DNA of 63,537 bases, the filler included. It is 6 parts of 6 records of this genome, joined end to end, with 100 filler letters (N's around TTAATTAATTAA, not from the genome) between each part and the next. Parts side by side here need not be neighbours in the genome. Positions count along the whole stretch, not along the records: positions 7,212 to 19,757 come from SRR31156797_11072; 5 more parts are not named here. One strand, written 5' to 3'. This document shows positions 8,088 to 18,934 of this stretch, piece after piece. Each line of letters opens with the position of its first letter. Within the stretch, counting starts at the first letter, position 1. Below the pieces are notes generated by a model. The model was not told the origin of the DNA. It did not search any database and saw only the letters and a list, made by a program, of their open reading frames with translations. The translations under genes were made by a program, and so were the position numbers.

Positions 8088-10652
8088 TTAATCTAATTGA
8101 TAAGCGTATAAAAAACCGTCAACATTTCCAACTATAAGTTGATATCCGGTATAACCTCTAATTACGCTAATTGTAAATGGTGTAATTCCGGGATATGGAA
8201 AACCGTTGAACTGCTTACCATCCCGTTTAAACATATATACTTTTCCGTCAGTTTTATCTACTAAGCCTATACCAGCTTTTTGTCTGGAGAACAAGTAATA
8301 GGCTGGTGGTTCAATTATTTGATTTGGAAATGCGTAAATGAAAGTTTCTTTGAGTTTATGATCCAAAACACTCAATTGATTCTTATATATAGTTATATAA
8401 TCGAGTTTGCCATTTCTGGAGAGGTCAGCCATCATAAAAAAGTGATCATCTGCAAGTTTTGATTCTTTTAACATACTTACCTCACCGGCAATATTAATAC
8501 TAAAAATAGATCCTTGGGGGGTTGTACTTACCCAACGAGCTTTTTTCACATCAAAGTAGAACCTGTTTTTATTTGATTTTCCAATCAATTTCTCTGGCTT
8601 AATTCTAGTTTGTCCTTTTCGATTTAAGATATAAGTACGCAAAGTATCTCCAAATACAATATAATCTTTCCCTCCAAATCTATAGTGCTGAATAGCGGCA
8701 GTGACAGGGGCATCTGCTTTATCAAATTCCCAACCCGAAATTAGGTTTGCATCCAGATCATATAGTCTTACTCGCTTATCTTTTAAGGGTAAGAAAACTC
8801 TGTAATTTCGATTTTCTTCATAATCAAAAACCGAAAGACCGGCTGATGCGTTCACTGGAAGAGATAAAGGAAACCGCTCAACATCATTTCCATTGCGATC
8901 GATTAAATATACTTTACTTCTCGTATTAAAAAGATACTGTAATTTACTGTTTCTATATTTATCAACCTGATATACATCACTAATTATCTGACCATCAATC
9001 ATCTTTTGCCACAACACACGTCCTTTTCTAGTGATTAGATAAATGTAGTTGTTTTCATCCTGAAGAAATATCTCATCATCATCATTGGAATGATTTTTAA
9101 CAATCACTGGTTTCAAAGAGGCCGAAGCACTTAATTTGGTTTTCCAATTGACATTGCTTTTTTGCAGGCGGCTACTTTGGCCAAATAATACAATCTGATT
9201 ATAAAGATGCTTTCCACTTCCACTTGATTGAGCCGCTATTGTTTCAAATAAGTTATAAAGGCCATAAGATTTAAGAAAACCATTCAATTCCGAACTTAAT
9301 AGTTTTGCAAATTGCTCTTCGTTAAAATCACTATAGAATAGTGTATTAGAAGCACTTGACAACTGGTCTTTATGCTTCTCAAAACGATAGCTACTTTTTA
9401 AATTCCGACTTAAAACAGTGTTTTTACAAATATTTTTAATTTCATCCTTGCGATTAGTGAAAATCACATAATCTCCAGCAGCCACTGCATATTTAAGTTT
9501 TTGCTCGCCATTGAAAAACCCCGGTACCATTTTCTGAATCCAACTGAAATCGCCTTCAGCTATGCTAAATGAGGTTTCTTTATCGAACTTGTATGTCTGG
9601 AATTTTACAGATTCGCCAAGAATTTTATCATAAGAGTTTAAGGACTCCATCGCATTGGTTTTTCCTTTTGATTTAATTCCAACTCCATAAAGATTTTCGC
9701 CCACAAAGAATGCATATTCATCAATTGTGAATGAACTTATCCATAAGTTCTGCTTTTCACTGATTAATTCTTTACGATGAAATTGGGTAGATAAACCATC
9801 AGCTGAAATTTGATAGAGCATGGAAATATTTTCTGGAATTACTTCAGATAATTCAAACTGGCGGGATGACAATTTGGCCATTTCATCTTGCATACTTCCT
9901 TTCAATGGTTCTGATAAGCCACTCATCAGTATAGCTCCATTTTTCAAGTACAGATCAAAAACAAATTTATTGGAATGGTTAAAAGGTTTATCAAATAGCC
10001 TGAAAATAAATGAGTTTTCTTTTTTATCTGATTCAGACTGATTAAAGAACAAATTTGCAACCACGTCACTGTTAGCTGTTTTAAAAAGCTTCCCGGGTTT
10101 AACCGGTTTAGCATCTTTGATTTTCTTCATTTGATTAAACAGCACTTCATCAGAGAAAGTAAGGAGTACTATTCCATCTACATTGGCAAAAAACATAAAT
10201 GGTTCCTTATTTGAATAGACAGCTCCATAATCAAAGCTATCTTTTTCTTTATCAACAACCTGATGCTTAAAAAACACACTATCTTTTAAATACTCTATTA
10301 CACTATAAGCATGAGAAGTTGAATAGTTTTCAATAATAAGCGATAGCGAAATAGTATTATTCACAACTTGTGGTGAAAAATATAAATTCTTAACTCTTTC
10401 ATGTTCATCAATCTGATGTATGCTCGCCATCAAATTGTATGTTAATGAATCCATCTCTTTCAGGAATCCATTATGATCCAAAGCATCCCAAAATTTAACA
10501 GGTTTGTTTATTTTTAATAATGGCCCATCATTAATAAATATTCCATATGCATCAGGAACATTTTTATTTCGCTGAAAAAAATAATAATACCCAAAAACTA
10601 TGGCAGCTATAGAAGCTACTACAATAAATATTTTCAATCCTGTTTTAAACAT
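8088..10652 (-). CDS. Membrane-anchored protein with C-terminal beta-propeller-like region
   Basis: 854 aa, N-terminal TM anchor; C-terminal repeats such as GRVLWQK and QVDKYRNSKLQYLF. Confidence 0.6.
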   Translation of the reverse strand: MFKTGLKIFIVVASIAAIVFGYYYFFQRNKNVPDAYGIFINDGPLLKINKPVKFWDALDHNGFLKEMDSLTYNLMASIHQIDEHERVKNLYFSPQVVNNTISLSLIIENYSTSHAYSVIEYLKDSVFFKHQVVDKEKDSFDYGAVYSNKEPFMFFANVDGIVLLTFSDEVLFNQMKKIKDAKPVKPGKLFKTANSDVVANLFFNQSESDKKENSFIFRLFDKPFNHSNKFVFDLYLKNGAILMSGLSEPLKGSMQDEMAKLSSRQFELSEVIPENISMLYQISADGLSTQFHRKELISEKQNLWISSFTIDEYAFFVGENLYGVGIKSKGKTNAMESLNSYDKILGESVKFQTYKFDKETSFSIAEGDFSWIQKMVPGFFNGEQKLKYAVAAGDYVIFTNRKDEIKNICKNTVLSRNLKSSYRFEKHKDQLSSASNTLFYSDFNEEQFAKLLSSELNGFLKSYGLYNLFETIAAQSSGSGKHLYNQIVLFGQSSRLQKSNVNWKTKLSASASLKPVIVKNHSNDDDEIFLQDENNYIYLITRKGRVLWQKMIDGQIISDVYQVDKYRNSKLQYLFNTRSKVYLIDRNGNDVERFPLSLPVNASAGLSVFDYEENRNYRVFLPLKDKRVRLYDLDANLISGWEFDKADAPVTAAIQHYRFGGKDYIVFGDTLRTYILNRKGQTRIKPEKLIGKSNKNRFYFDVKKARWVSTTPQGSIFSINIAGEVSMLKESKLADDHFFMMADLSRNGKLDYITIYKNQLSVLDHKLKETFIYAFPNQIIEPPAYYLFSRQKAGIGLVDKTDGKVYMFKRDGKQFNGFPYPGITPFTISVIRGYTGYQLIVGNVDGFLYAYQLD

Positions 10653-10662
10653 AAAAATGGTT

Positions 10663-12228
10663 TTATATATTTCTAGGATAATCTATGGTATAATGCAAAC
10701 CAATACTGTTTTTTCTCTTCTGCGCCATCTTTATTATAAGGTAACCCACATTAATTAAGTTTCTTAATTCACATAATTTACGTGAAACTTTTGACTTTTT
10801 ATAAAGAGCTTCTGTTTCCTGATATATAATTTCAAGCCGATTTAAAGCTCTTTCCAATCTTAAATTAGAACGTACAATTCCCACATAATTACTCATAATT
10901 TGCTGCATTTCTTTAAAATTCTGAGTAATTAACACCATTTCTTCAGGATGTGTAGTACCCTCGTCATCCCAAGGTGGAATACCTTTTTCAAGTTGCCTTT
11001 TCTGTACTTTTTCAATGGCATGTTTTGCGGCGTTATTAGCATACACAACAGCTTCAAGCAATGAATTTGACGCTAACCTATTTGCGCCGTGCAAACCGGT
11101 AGAAGCTACTTCACCAACCGCATATAAGTAATTAATTGAGCTTTGTCCATCTTTATTCACTTTTACTCCACCACATTGATAATGAGCAGCGAAAAGCACC
11201 GGAATCATTTCATGTTTTGTATCAATACCCAATGACTTAACTTTTTCACAAATATTTGGAAAGTGGGTATATAATTCATTTTGATTCAGGTGACTGCAAT
11301 CCAGATATACATAATCATCTCCACGGGTTTTCATTTCATTATCAATTGCCCTGGCCACAATATCACGAGGAGCTAATGAACCTCTTTTATCATATTTGTC
11401 CATAAAGGCTACTCCGTCTGAAGTTTTTAATATAGCACCAAACCCTCTCAAAGCTTCTGTAATTAAAAATGCAGGGTTTTCTCCCGGATTATAAAGAGCA
11501 GTAGGATGAAACTGCACAAACTCCATATTTTCAACTATTCCCTTAGCTCTGTAAACCATTGCAACTCCATCGCCTGTAGCAATTGACGGGTTTGTTGTGG
11601 TTTGATACAAATTACCACTACCCCCTGTTGCCACAAGTGTTGCTTTTGATAGAATAGTCATTGGATTACCTGAGTTCAAATCAATGGCGTAAACTCCATA
11701 ACACTCTATATCTTTATCATGACGGGTGACATTTTTACCCAAATGGTGTTGCGTAATGAGATCAATGGCAAAATGATGATCCATTACAGTAATATTTTTA
11801 TGATTACGAAGCTGGCTAATAAGTGCATCCTGTATAGCAGCACCAGTATTATCTTTATGATGTAAAATGCGATGTTCAGTGTGTCCTCCCTCACGTCCTA
11901 AATCAAATTTTCCTTTATCGTTTAAATCAAATTGGGTTCCCCACTCAAGTAATTGTTTGATTTGTCCGGGGCCTTCTGTCACAACCATTTTAACAACTTC
12001 GCGATCATTGAGATAACTTCCTGCATTGAGGGTATCTTCAATATGTTTCTCAAAATTATCTGGTTCATATGTTACAGCTGCAATTCCTCCCTGCGCATAT
12101 CTGGTATTGGTTTCATCAATCTTAGTTTTGCTTAAGACTGCCACAGTTCCATGTTCAGCAACCTTCAAAGCAAAGCTTAATCCTGCAATACCTGAACCTA
12201 TTACTAAAAAATCAAATTTCAATTCCAT
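10663..12228 (-). CDS. nadB: L-aspartate oxidase
   Basis: GSGIAG FAD motif, AQGGIA, EFVQFHPT, GLHGANRLASNSLLE. Confidence 0.97.
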   Translation of the reverse strand: MELKFDFLVIGSGIAGLSFALKVAEHGTVAVLSKTKIDETNTRYAQGGIAAVTYEPDNFEKHIEDTLNAGSYLNDREVVKMVVTEGPGQIKQLLEWGTQFDLNDKGKFDLGREGGHTEHRILHHKDNTGAAIQDALISQLRNHKNITVMDHHFAIDLITQHHLGKNVTRHDKDIECYGVYAIDLNSGNPMTILSKATLVATGGSGNLYQTTTNPSIATGDGVAMVYRAKGIVENMEFVQFHPTALYNPGENPAFLITEALRGFGAILKTSDGVAFMDKYDKRGSLAPRDIVARAIDNEMKTRGDDYVYLDCSHLNQNELYTHFPNICEKVKSLGIDTKHEMIPVLFAAHYQCGGVKVNKDGQSSINYLYAVGEVASTGLHGANRLASNSLLEAVVYANNAAKHAIEKVQKRQLEKGIPPWDDEGTTHPEEMVLITQNFKEMQQIMSNYVGIVRSNLRLERALNRLEIIYQETEALYKKSKVSRKLCELRNLINVGYLIIKMAQKRKNSIGLHYTIDYPRNI

Positions 12229-12477
12229 TTAACACGGATTTTCAAACCCTTTATTTTACAAAGAAATAAAAACAATCAAAATTAAACGAAAATATCTCAA
12301 ACAAGTAGAATATTATCTTCTAAAGTATGATAAAATTTTGTGTCTATTTTCATTTTATACATTATTACAATTAGCAGAGACCAGAAAAAGAAACACTTAC
12401 CATAAAACTGAAAAACTTTATGAAAAGCCATTTATTTAGATTATTTTTGCTAATTCAAATTTTACAAGCATTAAACT

Positions 12478-14034
12478 ATGAGTCAAGAAGATACATTTAA
12501 AAAAATCATATCGCACGCGAAAGAATATGGATTTATTTTCCAAAGCAGTGAAATTTATGACGGATTGAGTGCTGTTTATGATTACGGTCAATTGGGAGCA
12601 GAGCTAAAAAACAACATCAAAAGTTATTGGTGGAAATCAATGGTGATGTTAAATGAGAATATTGTAGGTATTGACTCGGCAATTTTCATGCATCCTACTG
12701 TATGGAAAGCTTCTGGTCATGTTGACGCTTTCAATGATCCATTAATTGACAATAAAGATTCAAAGAAAAGATACAGAGCAGACGTTCTAATCGAAGATTA
12801 TATCCAAAAACTGGAAGGTAAGATTGATAAAGAGGTTAAAAAAGCTGCCAAAAAATTTGGCGATAGTTTTGACGAATCAAAATTTAAAGAAACCAATCCA
12901 CGCGTCCAGGCAAATCAGAAAAAAATTGATGATGTAAGACATCGTTTTAAAACAGCGATGGAAGGTGATGATTTAGCTGAAGTGAAAAAAATCATTGAAG
13001 ACGCTGAAATAGCTTGCCCTGTAAGTGGAAGTAGAAACTGGACTGATGTAAGACAGTTTAACTTAATGTTTGACACGAAGTTAGGCTCACTAAATGAAGG
13101 AGCTTCAAAAATCTATTTACGCCCAGAAACTGCACAAGGAATTTTTGTGAATTATTTAAACGTGCAAAAATCAGGAAGAATGAATCTTCCATTTGGAATT
13201 GCACAAATCGGCAAGGCTTTTAGAAATGAAATTGTTGCTCGTCAGTTCATTTTCAGAATGCGTGAATTTGAGCAGATGGAAATGCAATTCTTTATTCAAC
13301 CAGGAACTGAAAAGCATTGGTTTGAAACATGGAAAGAAAAACGCATGAAATGGCATAAAGCGCTAGGATATAGCGAACAGCATCTAAAATTCCATGACCA
13401 TGAAAAGCTCGCTCATTATGCCAACGCGGCAACTGATATTGAATTTAACTTCCCATTTGGATTTAAAGAGTTAGAAGGAATTCATTCCAGAACAGACTTT
13501 GATCTTAGCAAACATCAGGAATTCTCTGGTAAGAAAATACAATACTTTGATAACGAACGCAATGAAAGCTATGTGCCGTACGTTTTGGAAACATCAATTG
13601 GATTAGATCGTATGTTCCTTGCTATATTGAGCGCATCATTTAAGGAAGAAACTATTGAAAAAGAAGATGGTAAAAAAGACCAACGAGTGGTATTGAATTT
13701 ACCTCCAGCGCTTGCTCCAATACAATTAGCGGTGCTTCCATTAGTGAAAAAAGATGGTTTACCAAACAAAGCAAGAGAGATAATCGACAATCTAAAATTC
13801 GATTTCAATTGTCATTACGAAGAGAAAGATTCAATTGGAAGAAGATACAGACGCCAGGATGCTATTGGAACACCATACGCCATTACTGTTGATCATGAAA
13901 CACTTGAGAACGATACTGTAACAATTAGAGACAGAGATACTATGGAACAAAAACGAGTTAAAATTGAAGATTTACCTCAAATACTTAATGAAAAAGTTTC
14001 GCTTAACAGTCTGTTAAAGAAACTTGAAAATTAG
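12478..14034 (+). CDS. glyQS: Glycine-tRNA ligase (homodimeric alpha2 type)
   Basis: LRPETAQGIF, FRNEI, REFEQMEMQFF, SIGRRYRRQDAIGTP anticodon domain. Confidence 0.97.
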   Translation: MSQEDTFKKIISHAKEYGFIFQSSEIYDGLSAVYDYGQLGAELKNNIKSYWWKSMVMLNENIVGIDSAIFMHPTVWKASGHVDAFNDPLIDNKDSKKRYRADVLIEDYIQKLEGKIDKEVKKAAKKFGDSFDESKFKETNPRVQANQKKIDDVRHRFKTAMEGDDLAEVKKIIEDAEIACPVSGSRNWTDVRQFNLMFDTKLGSLNEGASKIYLRPETAQGIFVNYLNVQKSGRMNLPFGIAQIGKAFRNEIVARQFIFRMREFEQMEMQFFIQPGTEKHWFETWKEKRMKWHKALGYSEQHLKFHDHEKLAHYANAATDIEFNFPFGFKELEGIHSRTDFDLSKHQEFSGKKIQYFDNERNESYVPYVLETSIGLDRMFLAILSASFKEETIEKEDGKKDQRVVLNLPPALAPIQLAVLPLVKKDGLPNKAREIIDNLKFDFNCHYEEKDSIGRRYRRQDAIGTPYAITVDHETLENDTVTIRDRDTMEQKRVKIEDLPQILNEKVSLNSLLKKLEN

Positions 14035-14082
14035 TATTCGGTTCATTTTTTGCTTTAATTTCGTTATATAAAACTCAAAATC

Positions 14083-14952
14083 ATGCAAAAGCTATTTTTT
14101 TTAGGGATCTTTATTGCGATTTTAACCAGTCAATCGGCTTTTAGTCAAACACTTCAAGAATTGCTTACAGACTATCGGTTCGAGCATCGAATAAAAGGGC
14201 CTCAACATAAAAGAAGCCAGTTACTAGAAGTTAAAATTGACAAAAACAATAATTACCTGGCATTAACTTTTGCAGCAACCAGCTACAGATATATTCATCT
14301 TTATATTTACAGGTTATATACGTGGGAATCAGTACAGGAGCTACGTGTTGAAGCAAAGCGAATTGAGCTTTACAATAGTGAATTTGATGCGGAAGGTAAC
14401 TACTTTTATGCCAATACGGACGTATATAAGAATGAGTTTAAAAAAATAGATCTTAAAACAGGAGATATCTCAGATGTGTCATGTAATGAAGTTCCAAATA
14501 ATGGTTGCAGGCCATTAGAGGTGCGCCAATATGAAACTACGAAATATACTGTAGGCGAAAATTACATCATTTTTAAGGATGAGAAATTTGATAATTATGT
14601 GCGTATTTTTGTTAGAAAAGAACTGTACAAGGTTCAAAACGAAAAAGATGACGTGCCAGACTTTTTACTTGAAGATGGTGGAGATGATGAAGATGAATCA
14701 AAAAGCAATGGTATTCCTGCAGATATATTCACCATATGGATTGAACCTGATGACATACAAGATCTAAAAGATTTCGGTTATCTAAAAGTAAAGAAATTTG
14801 AGCTCCTAGTAGATGACAACATGGCTAAAACTTTCAAATTTAACCAACTCACTACCAACATGATTGTAATGCCAAAAGCTGCAATTGATTCAATTGAAAA
14901 TCATGGTGGTTGGATTAAAGAAAATAAACTCAGGGTCGCCGTCCATAAATAA
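14083..14952 (+). CDS. Hypothetical exported protein
   Basis: Signal-peptide-like N-terminus, beta-rich region, acidic linker. Confidence 0.6.
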   Translation: MQKLFFLGIFIAILTSQSAFSQTLQELLTDYRFEHRIKGPQHKRSQLLEVKIDKNNNYLALTFAATSYRYIHLYIYRLYTWESVQELRVEAKRIELYNSEFDAEGNYFYANTDVYKNEFKKIDLKTGDISDVSCNEVPNNGCRPLEVRQYETTKYTVGENYIIFKDEKFDNYVRIFVRKELYKVQNEKDDVPDFLLEDGGDDEDESKSNGIPADIFTIWIEPDDIQDLKDFGYLKVKKFELLVDDNMAKTFKFNQLTTNMIVMPKAAIDSIENHGGWIKENKLRVAVHK

Positions 14953-14977
14953 GATACTACAAAGACTATAATATAAT

Positions 14978-15017
14978 AAGCTTCGCATTCTAAAAGAGAT
15001 TGTGAAGCTTTTTTATT
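14978..15017 (+). terminator. Probable rho-independent terminator
   Basis: AAGCTTCGCA...TGTGAAGCTT stem followed by TTTTATT. Confidence 0.55.
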
Positions 15018-15089
15018 ATGGGCAGCTCATGGTATATTCTGAATTTGATATTATCTTTAACAACTGGATAACGTTTAATTTGTAAAATA

Positions 15090-15560
15090 ATGAAAGTTCT
15101 TAAACTGTTCATAGCTCTTTTTTTTATCCTTTCGTTAACCGATGCCTACAGCCAATTTAATAAATCTCTTATTGACTCTTGTAAGGCAAAGCTTGGCGAA
15201 ACGATTTACCTTAAACACTTCAAATTAAGGTTCTCCAAAACAAAAAAAAGAGCAAAACCAAGTGCTGCAAACTTCTCAGTATATTTAAATAAAGGAACTG
15301 ATTATACTTTTACCATTGCAAATGATAAATCACAAAAAGGTGAAGCTATCGTAAAGCTTTATGATGATTTTAGATTTTATGGCAGCAACGAAAAGAAAAA
15401 AAACAAAGAACTAGTTGATATTTTTCGTTTTAATTGCTCAAAAACCGGTATTTATTATCTCACTATACAATACAAAGATGGAGAGGCAGGCTGTTCCGTC
15501 ATTATGCTTTCAATGAAACAAAAGAAGAAAAAATATGACTGGAATGAAATGGAGAAGTAA
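15090..15560 (+). CDS. Hypothetical exported protein
   Basis: Signal peptide; beta-sandwich-like pattern (FNCSKTGIYYL). Confidence 0.6.
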   Translation: MKVLKLFIALFFILSLTDAYSQFNKSLIDSCKAKLGETIYLKHFKLRFSKTKKRAKPSAANFSVYLNKGTDYTFTIANDKSQKGEAIVKLYDDFRFYGSNEKKKNKELVDIFRFNCSKTGIYYLTIQYKDGEAGCSVIMLSMKQKKKKYDWNEMEK

Positions 15561-15561
15561 C

Positions 15562-18411
15562 TTACTCCTCTATCTCATATCCCATTGTTTTTCCCTTTTT
15601 CACTGCTGGTATACCTTCTTTCATCCAAACAGGTGCAGGTGCATCTTTCAAATAATGATCAAAAAACTGTTTCATACGAATACTTAAGTCTTTTCGATTG
15701 GGGCTACCTGATTTCTCATTATGAGGCCCACCATTGTAATTAAGTAACCAAACCGGCTTATTGAGTCTGCGAAGTGCTACAAAATATTCTATCCCTTGAT
15801 ACCATGGCACTGCACCATCATTATCATTATGCCTCATTAACAGCGGCGTATTCACTTTTGGGGCATAAAAAACAGGGCTGTTTTCTATATAATGCAATGG
15901 TTTTTCCCAAAGTGTTCCTCCTATTCTGGATTGTGTTTCTTCATACTGGAACATACGACTCATTCCACTACCCCATCGAATACCACCGTATGCACTGGTC
16001 ATATTTGAGACAGGTGCCCCAGCCGATGCAGCAGCAAACATATCTGTTTTAGTTACAATAAATGCAACTTCATATCCTCCCCAGCTTTGCCCTTGAATAC
16101 CGACACGATCTTTATCGATAAATTTGTGTTTATTTAAAAGTGCAGTAACTCCACTTACCACATAATTATAAGCACTTTCACCAGGGTAACCAACTTTATA
16201 TCTGATATTTGGAATAAATACAAAATAGTCATTGCTGGCATAAAAAGTTGGATTAATAATTGATCGGCTAGGAGCAGGAGTCCAATGTTGGTATAAATAA
16301 TCTGAATACAAACGATAGAAATATACCATCATAGGGTATTTCTTGTTTGGATCATAGTTTTCAGGTTTATACAACAATCCCTCTTCGACAGTTCCCTCTG
16401 TAGTAATCCACTTAACCAACTCAACATCACCCCATTTATATTCTTTTTGCTGTGGATTAGCGTTTGAAACTTTCGCTATATCTTTGAATTCTACATTTGT
16501 GAAATACAAATCCGGATACTCGCGATAGGTAGAACGCTGTATAATAATTTCTTTAGATTCTTGAGCTTTCTGAGGCCAGTAATATCGATAATCCCCCATG
16601 ATTAACTTTTCAGGATCACCTTTTTGCCCGATTTTAACTTTATAGAATCCTGACGCTTTTGTTTTTTTGTTGAAAGCTGATAATAAAATATCCTCCTTCG
16701 TATTAATGTACATTTCATCCCAATCTAAATTTATTCGGCGTAATTCTATATTATTCTTACGACCAAATCCATTTGTGAGGTTTTTCGGTTCGTTCTTCCC
16801 TGTTGGATCCACTTGCCATATGTCAAATTCATCGTATATTAATAACCATTTATCATCTTCTGTAAACCCCGCTGATCCATATGATGAAGGATCATTAGGA
16901 TAATCATGTGTTTGACGATCAAATGGGGCATCAATTGCATCAGTGATGGGCACATGTTTTTTAGTCTTAATGTTATAGACATGCCAGTTAGAATCATTAT
17001 TACTATAATATCTGATATAGTTACCTGAATTAGATAAACTTACTGAAGACTGTATTTTTTCAATTACCATCTCACGTTTACCTGTTTCCATATCAACGGT
17101 ATAAATATCTTTGTAATAAGGCATCTCCCAGGATCCAGTTCTTTCATATTTGCTATAATCAAAGCCAATGGCATTGTTTCCATCACCTCGTAAGCATGTT
17201 CGAATTGTATTTAATTGCTCATCCTCCAATTGAACAATTTTCTCACTTTTAATGTCAAAATAAGAAAGATAAGTACGCTTTAACTCTTTATCTTTTTCAA
17301 TTAATTGTTCCGGTTGAAGCTTACCATCAGTCCAACTCCATAGGTCGAGTTTAACTTTTTCCTCCTCTAGCAAAGTATCCTTAGGCTCTGGTTTTGGTGC
17401 AGCTGCCACACCAAAGAACAGTCTTTCATCCTTTTTCGAGAAATAAATACGACCATTCTCGCTTACGGTCCATTTATCCTTGATAGCTTGTGTCAAAGTA
17501 TCCAGTATATGCTTAACTACCTTACCATCATAGTATTTTAAGCTGTAAACTTTTTCTTTAATGGTATCTTCGCTATGAATAAAGGCTAACTGTTTTCCCA
17601 AATGATCTATCGTTAATTTTTTCGATAAACCATCTTTAATAAAAATAGTATCAGCAGTCTCTTTTTCAGTATTAAACTTTACTACGGCAGAACGAAGTAT
17701 TGAATCATTTTGTTGACGAATAAAGGCTAACAAATTACCTTTTTCAGAAAACTCATATTCTGTTACATTCTTATAAGTATACTTTACATCAGAAATTGGG
17801 TTGTAAACAACTAATTCAAAAGGCTTTGGAGCATCTTTGTCAAATGTCTCTTTCTTCTTCTTTTTCTCTTTCTTTTCTTTTTCTACTTCTTCAGTTTCTT
17901 TATTTTTAGTAGTATCAGCTTCATTTTCATCTTTCTTTTTAAGGGCTTTCTCGTTTACCCAGGCAATCCATGATCCTCCTTTTTCCGGCACAGAAAATGA
18001 CTTTACACGTTCAAACTTTCTCAATTCACCTGTTTCCATTATATAAATCCCAATCGAATCTTTAGGAAGTTTGTCTTTCTTGGTTTCTTTTAGTTTCAAT
18101 GCCCGAACAGTATCGTAATAAGGCTTTATTTTAAAAACAACAAAATTAGATTCTGGCGAAATTGAAGCACTTGTAGCCCTCTTAAAGGTCAAGTTGCTCT
18201 TATCATTCTTATTCCAAAGTAGTAATTGACCATCACCTTTTAATGGATTAATTTCATAAACAACAAATTCACCATTACGAGATATTTGCTCTCTTTTCAG
18301 ATGATTCCAATCGTCGAAATCATCTACTGTTAAAGATTTTAACTCTTGACTGTAAATTGAAATGGCTGATGAAGCTATCAGCAGAATTGTAGTTAGTAAC
18401 CTAAATTTCAT
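15562..18411 (-). CDS. S9-family (prolyl oligopeptidase) peptidase
   Basis: GQSWGG nucleophile elbow, DNDGAV and H triad, signal peptide from MKFRLL (likely start 18411). Confidence 0.92.
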   Translation of the reverse strand: MKFRLLTTILLIASSAISIYSQELKSLTVDDFDDWNHLKREQISRNGEFVVYEINPLKGDGQLLLWNKNDKSNLTFKRATSASISPESNFVVFKIKPYYDTVRALKLKETKKDKLPKDSIGIYIMETGELRKFERVKSFSVPEKGGSWIAWVNEKALKKKDENEADTTKNKETEEVEKEKKEKKKKKETFDKDAPKPFELVVYNPISDVKYTYKNVTEYEFSEKGNLLAFIRQQNDSILRSAVVKFNTEKETADTIFIKDGLSKKLTIDHLGKQLAFIHSEDTIKEKVYSLKYYDGKVVKHILDTLTQAIKDKWTVSENGRIYFSKKDERLFFGVAAAPKPEPKDTLLEEEKVKLDLWSWTDGKLQPEQLIEKDKELKRTYLSYFDIKSEKIVQLEDEQLNTIRTCLRGDGNNAIGFDYSKYERTGSWEMPYYKDIYTVDMETGKREMVIEKIQSSVSLSNSGNYIRYYSNNDSNWHVYNIKTKKHVPITDAIDAPFDRQTHDYPNDPSSYGSAGFTEDDKWLLIYDEFDIWQVDPTGKNEPKNLTNGFGRKNNIELRRINLDWDEMYINTKEDILLSAFNKKTKASGFYKVKIGQKGDPEKLIMGDYRYYWPQKAQESKEIIIQRSTYREYPDLYFTNVEFKDIAKVSNANPQQKEYKWGDVELVKWITTEGTVEEGLLYKPENYDPNKKYPMMVYFYRLYSDYLYQHWTPAPSRSIINPTFYASNDYFVFIPNIRYKVGYPGESAYNYVVSGVTALLNKHKFIDKDRVGIQGQSWGGYEVAFIVTKTDMFAAASAGAPVSNMTSAYGGIRWGSGMSRMFQYEETQSRIGGTLWEKPLHYIENSPVFYAPKVNTPLLMRHNDNDGAVPWYQGIEYFVALRRLNKPVWLLNYNGGPHNEKSGSPNRKDLSIRMKQFFDHYLKDAPAPVWMKEGIPAVKKGKTMGYEIEE

Positions 18412-18492
18412 AGCGCGAATTTTATAAACAACTCGCAAAATAATGAAAATATAGGAGGAAGCGAAAAATGACCGATTTCGGTCATGAAATTA

Positions 18493-18927
18493 TTAACGCC
18501 GAGCAGCAAAAAAAGCTTTGAGCATTTCTTCAGAAACCTCGGCCAATAATCCTCCTTCAATTTTAGTTTTGGGATGTAAGAGATTACCTTGTTGAGAATA
18601 ACCCCGTTTTTCATCATATGCTCCAAATACTACTCGGGATATTTGTGTCCAAAATGAAGCTCCGGCGCACATTACACAAGGTTCTAATGTCACATATAAC
18701 GTACAGTCAGTAAGATATTTCCCACCCAAAGCCTCAGCAGCCGCAGTAAAAGCAATCATCTCTGCATGTGCAGTTACATCATTTAGTCTTTCAGTTTGAT
18801 TATGGGCTTTAGCAATCACCTGATCATGACATGTGATAACAGCACCTACTGGTATCTCACCTTCATTATATGCGATTTTGGCTTCTTGTAAAGCCATTTT
18901 CATAAAAAATTCATCTACATTTATCAT
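18493..18927 (-). CDS. tadA: tRNA adenosine deaminase-like nucleoside deaminase
   Basis: HAE and TLEPCVMCAGA zinc motifs; EIPVGAV. Confidence 0.85.
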   Translation of the reverse strand: MINVDEFFMKMALQEAKIAYNEGEIPVGAVITCHDQVIAKAHNQTERLNDVTAHAEMIAFTAAAEALGGKYLTDCTLYVTLEPCVMCAGASFWTQISRVVFGAYDEKRGYSQQGNLLHPKTKIEGGLLAEVSEEMLKAFFAARR

Positions 18928-18934
18928 CGTCTTA

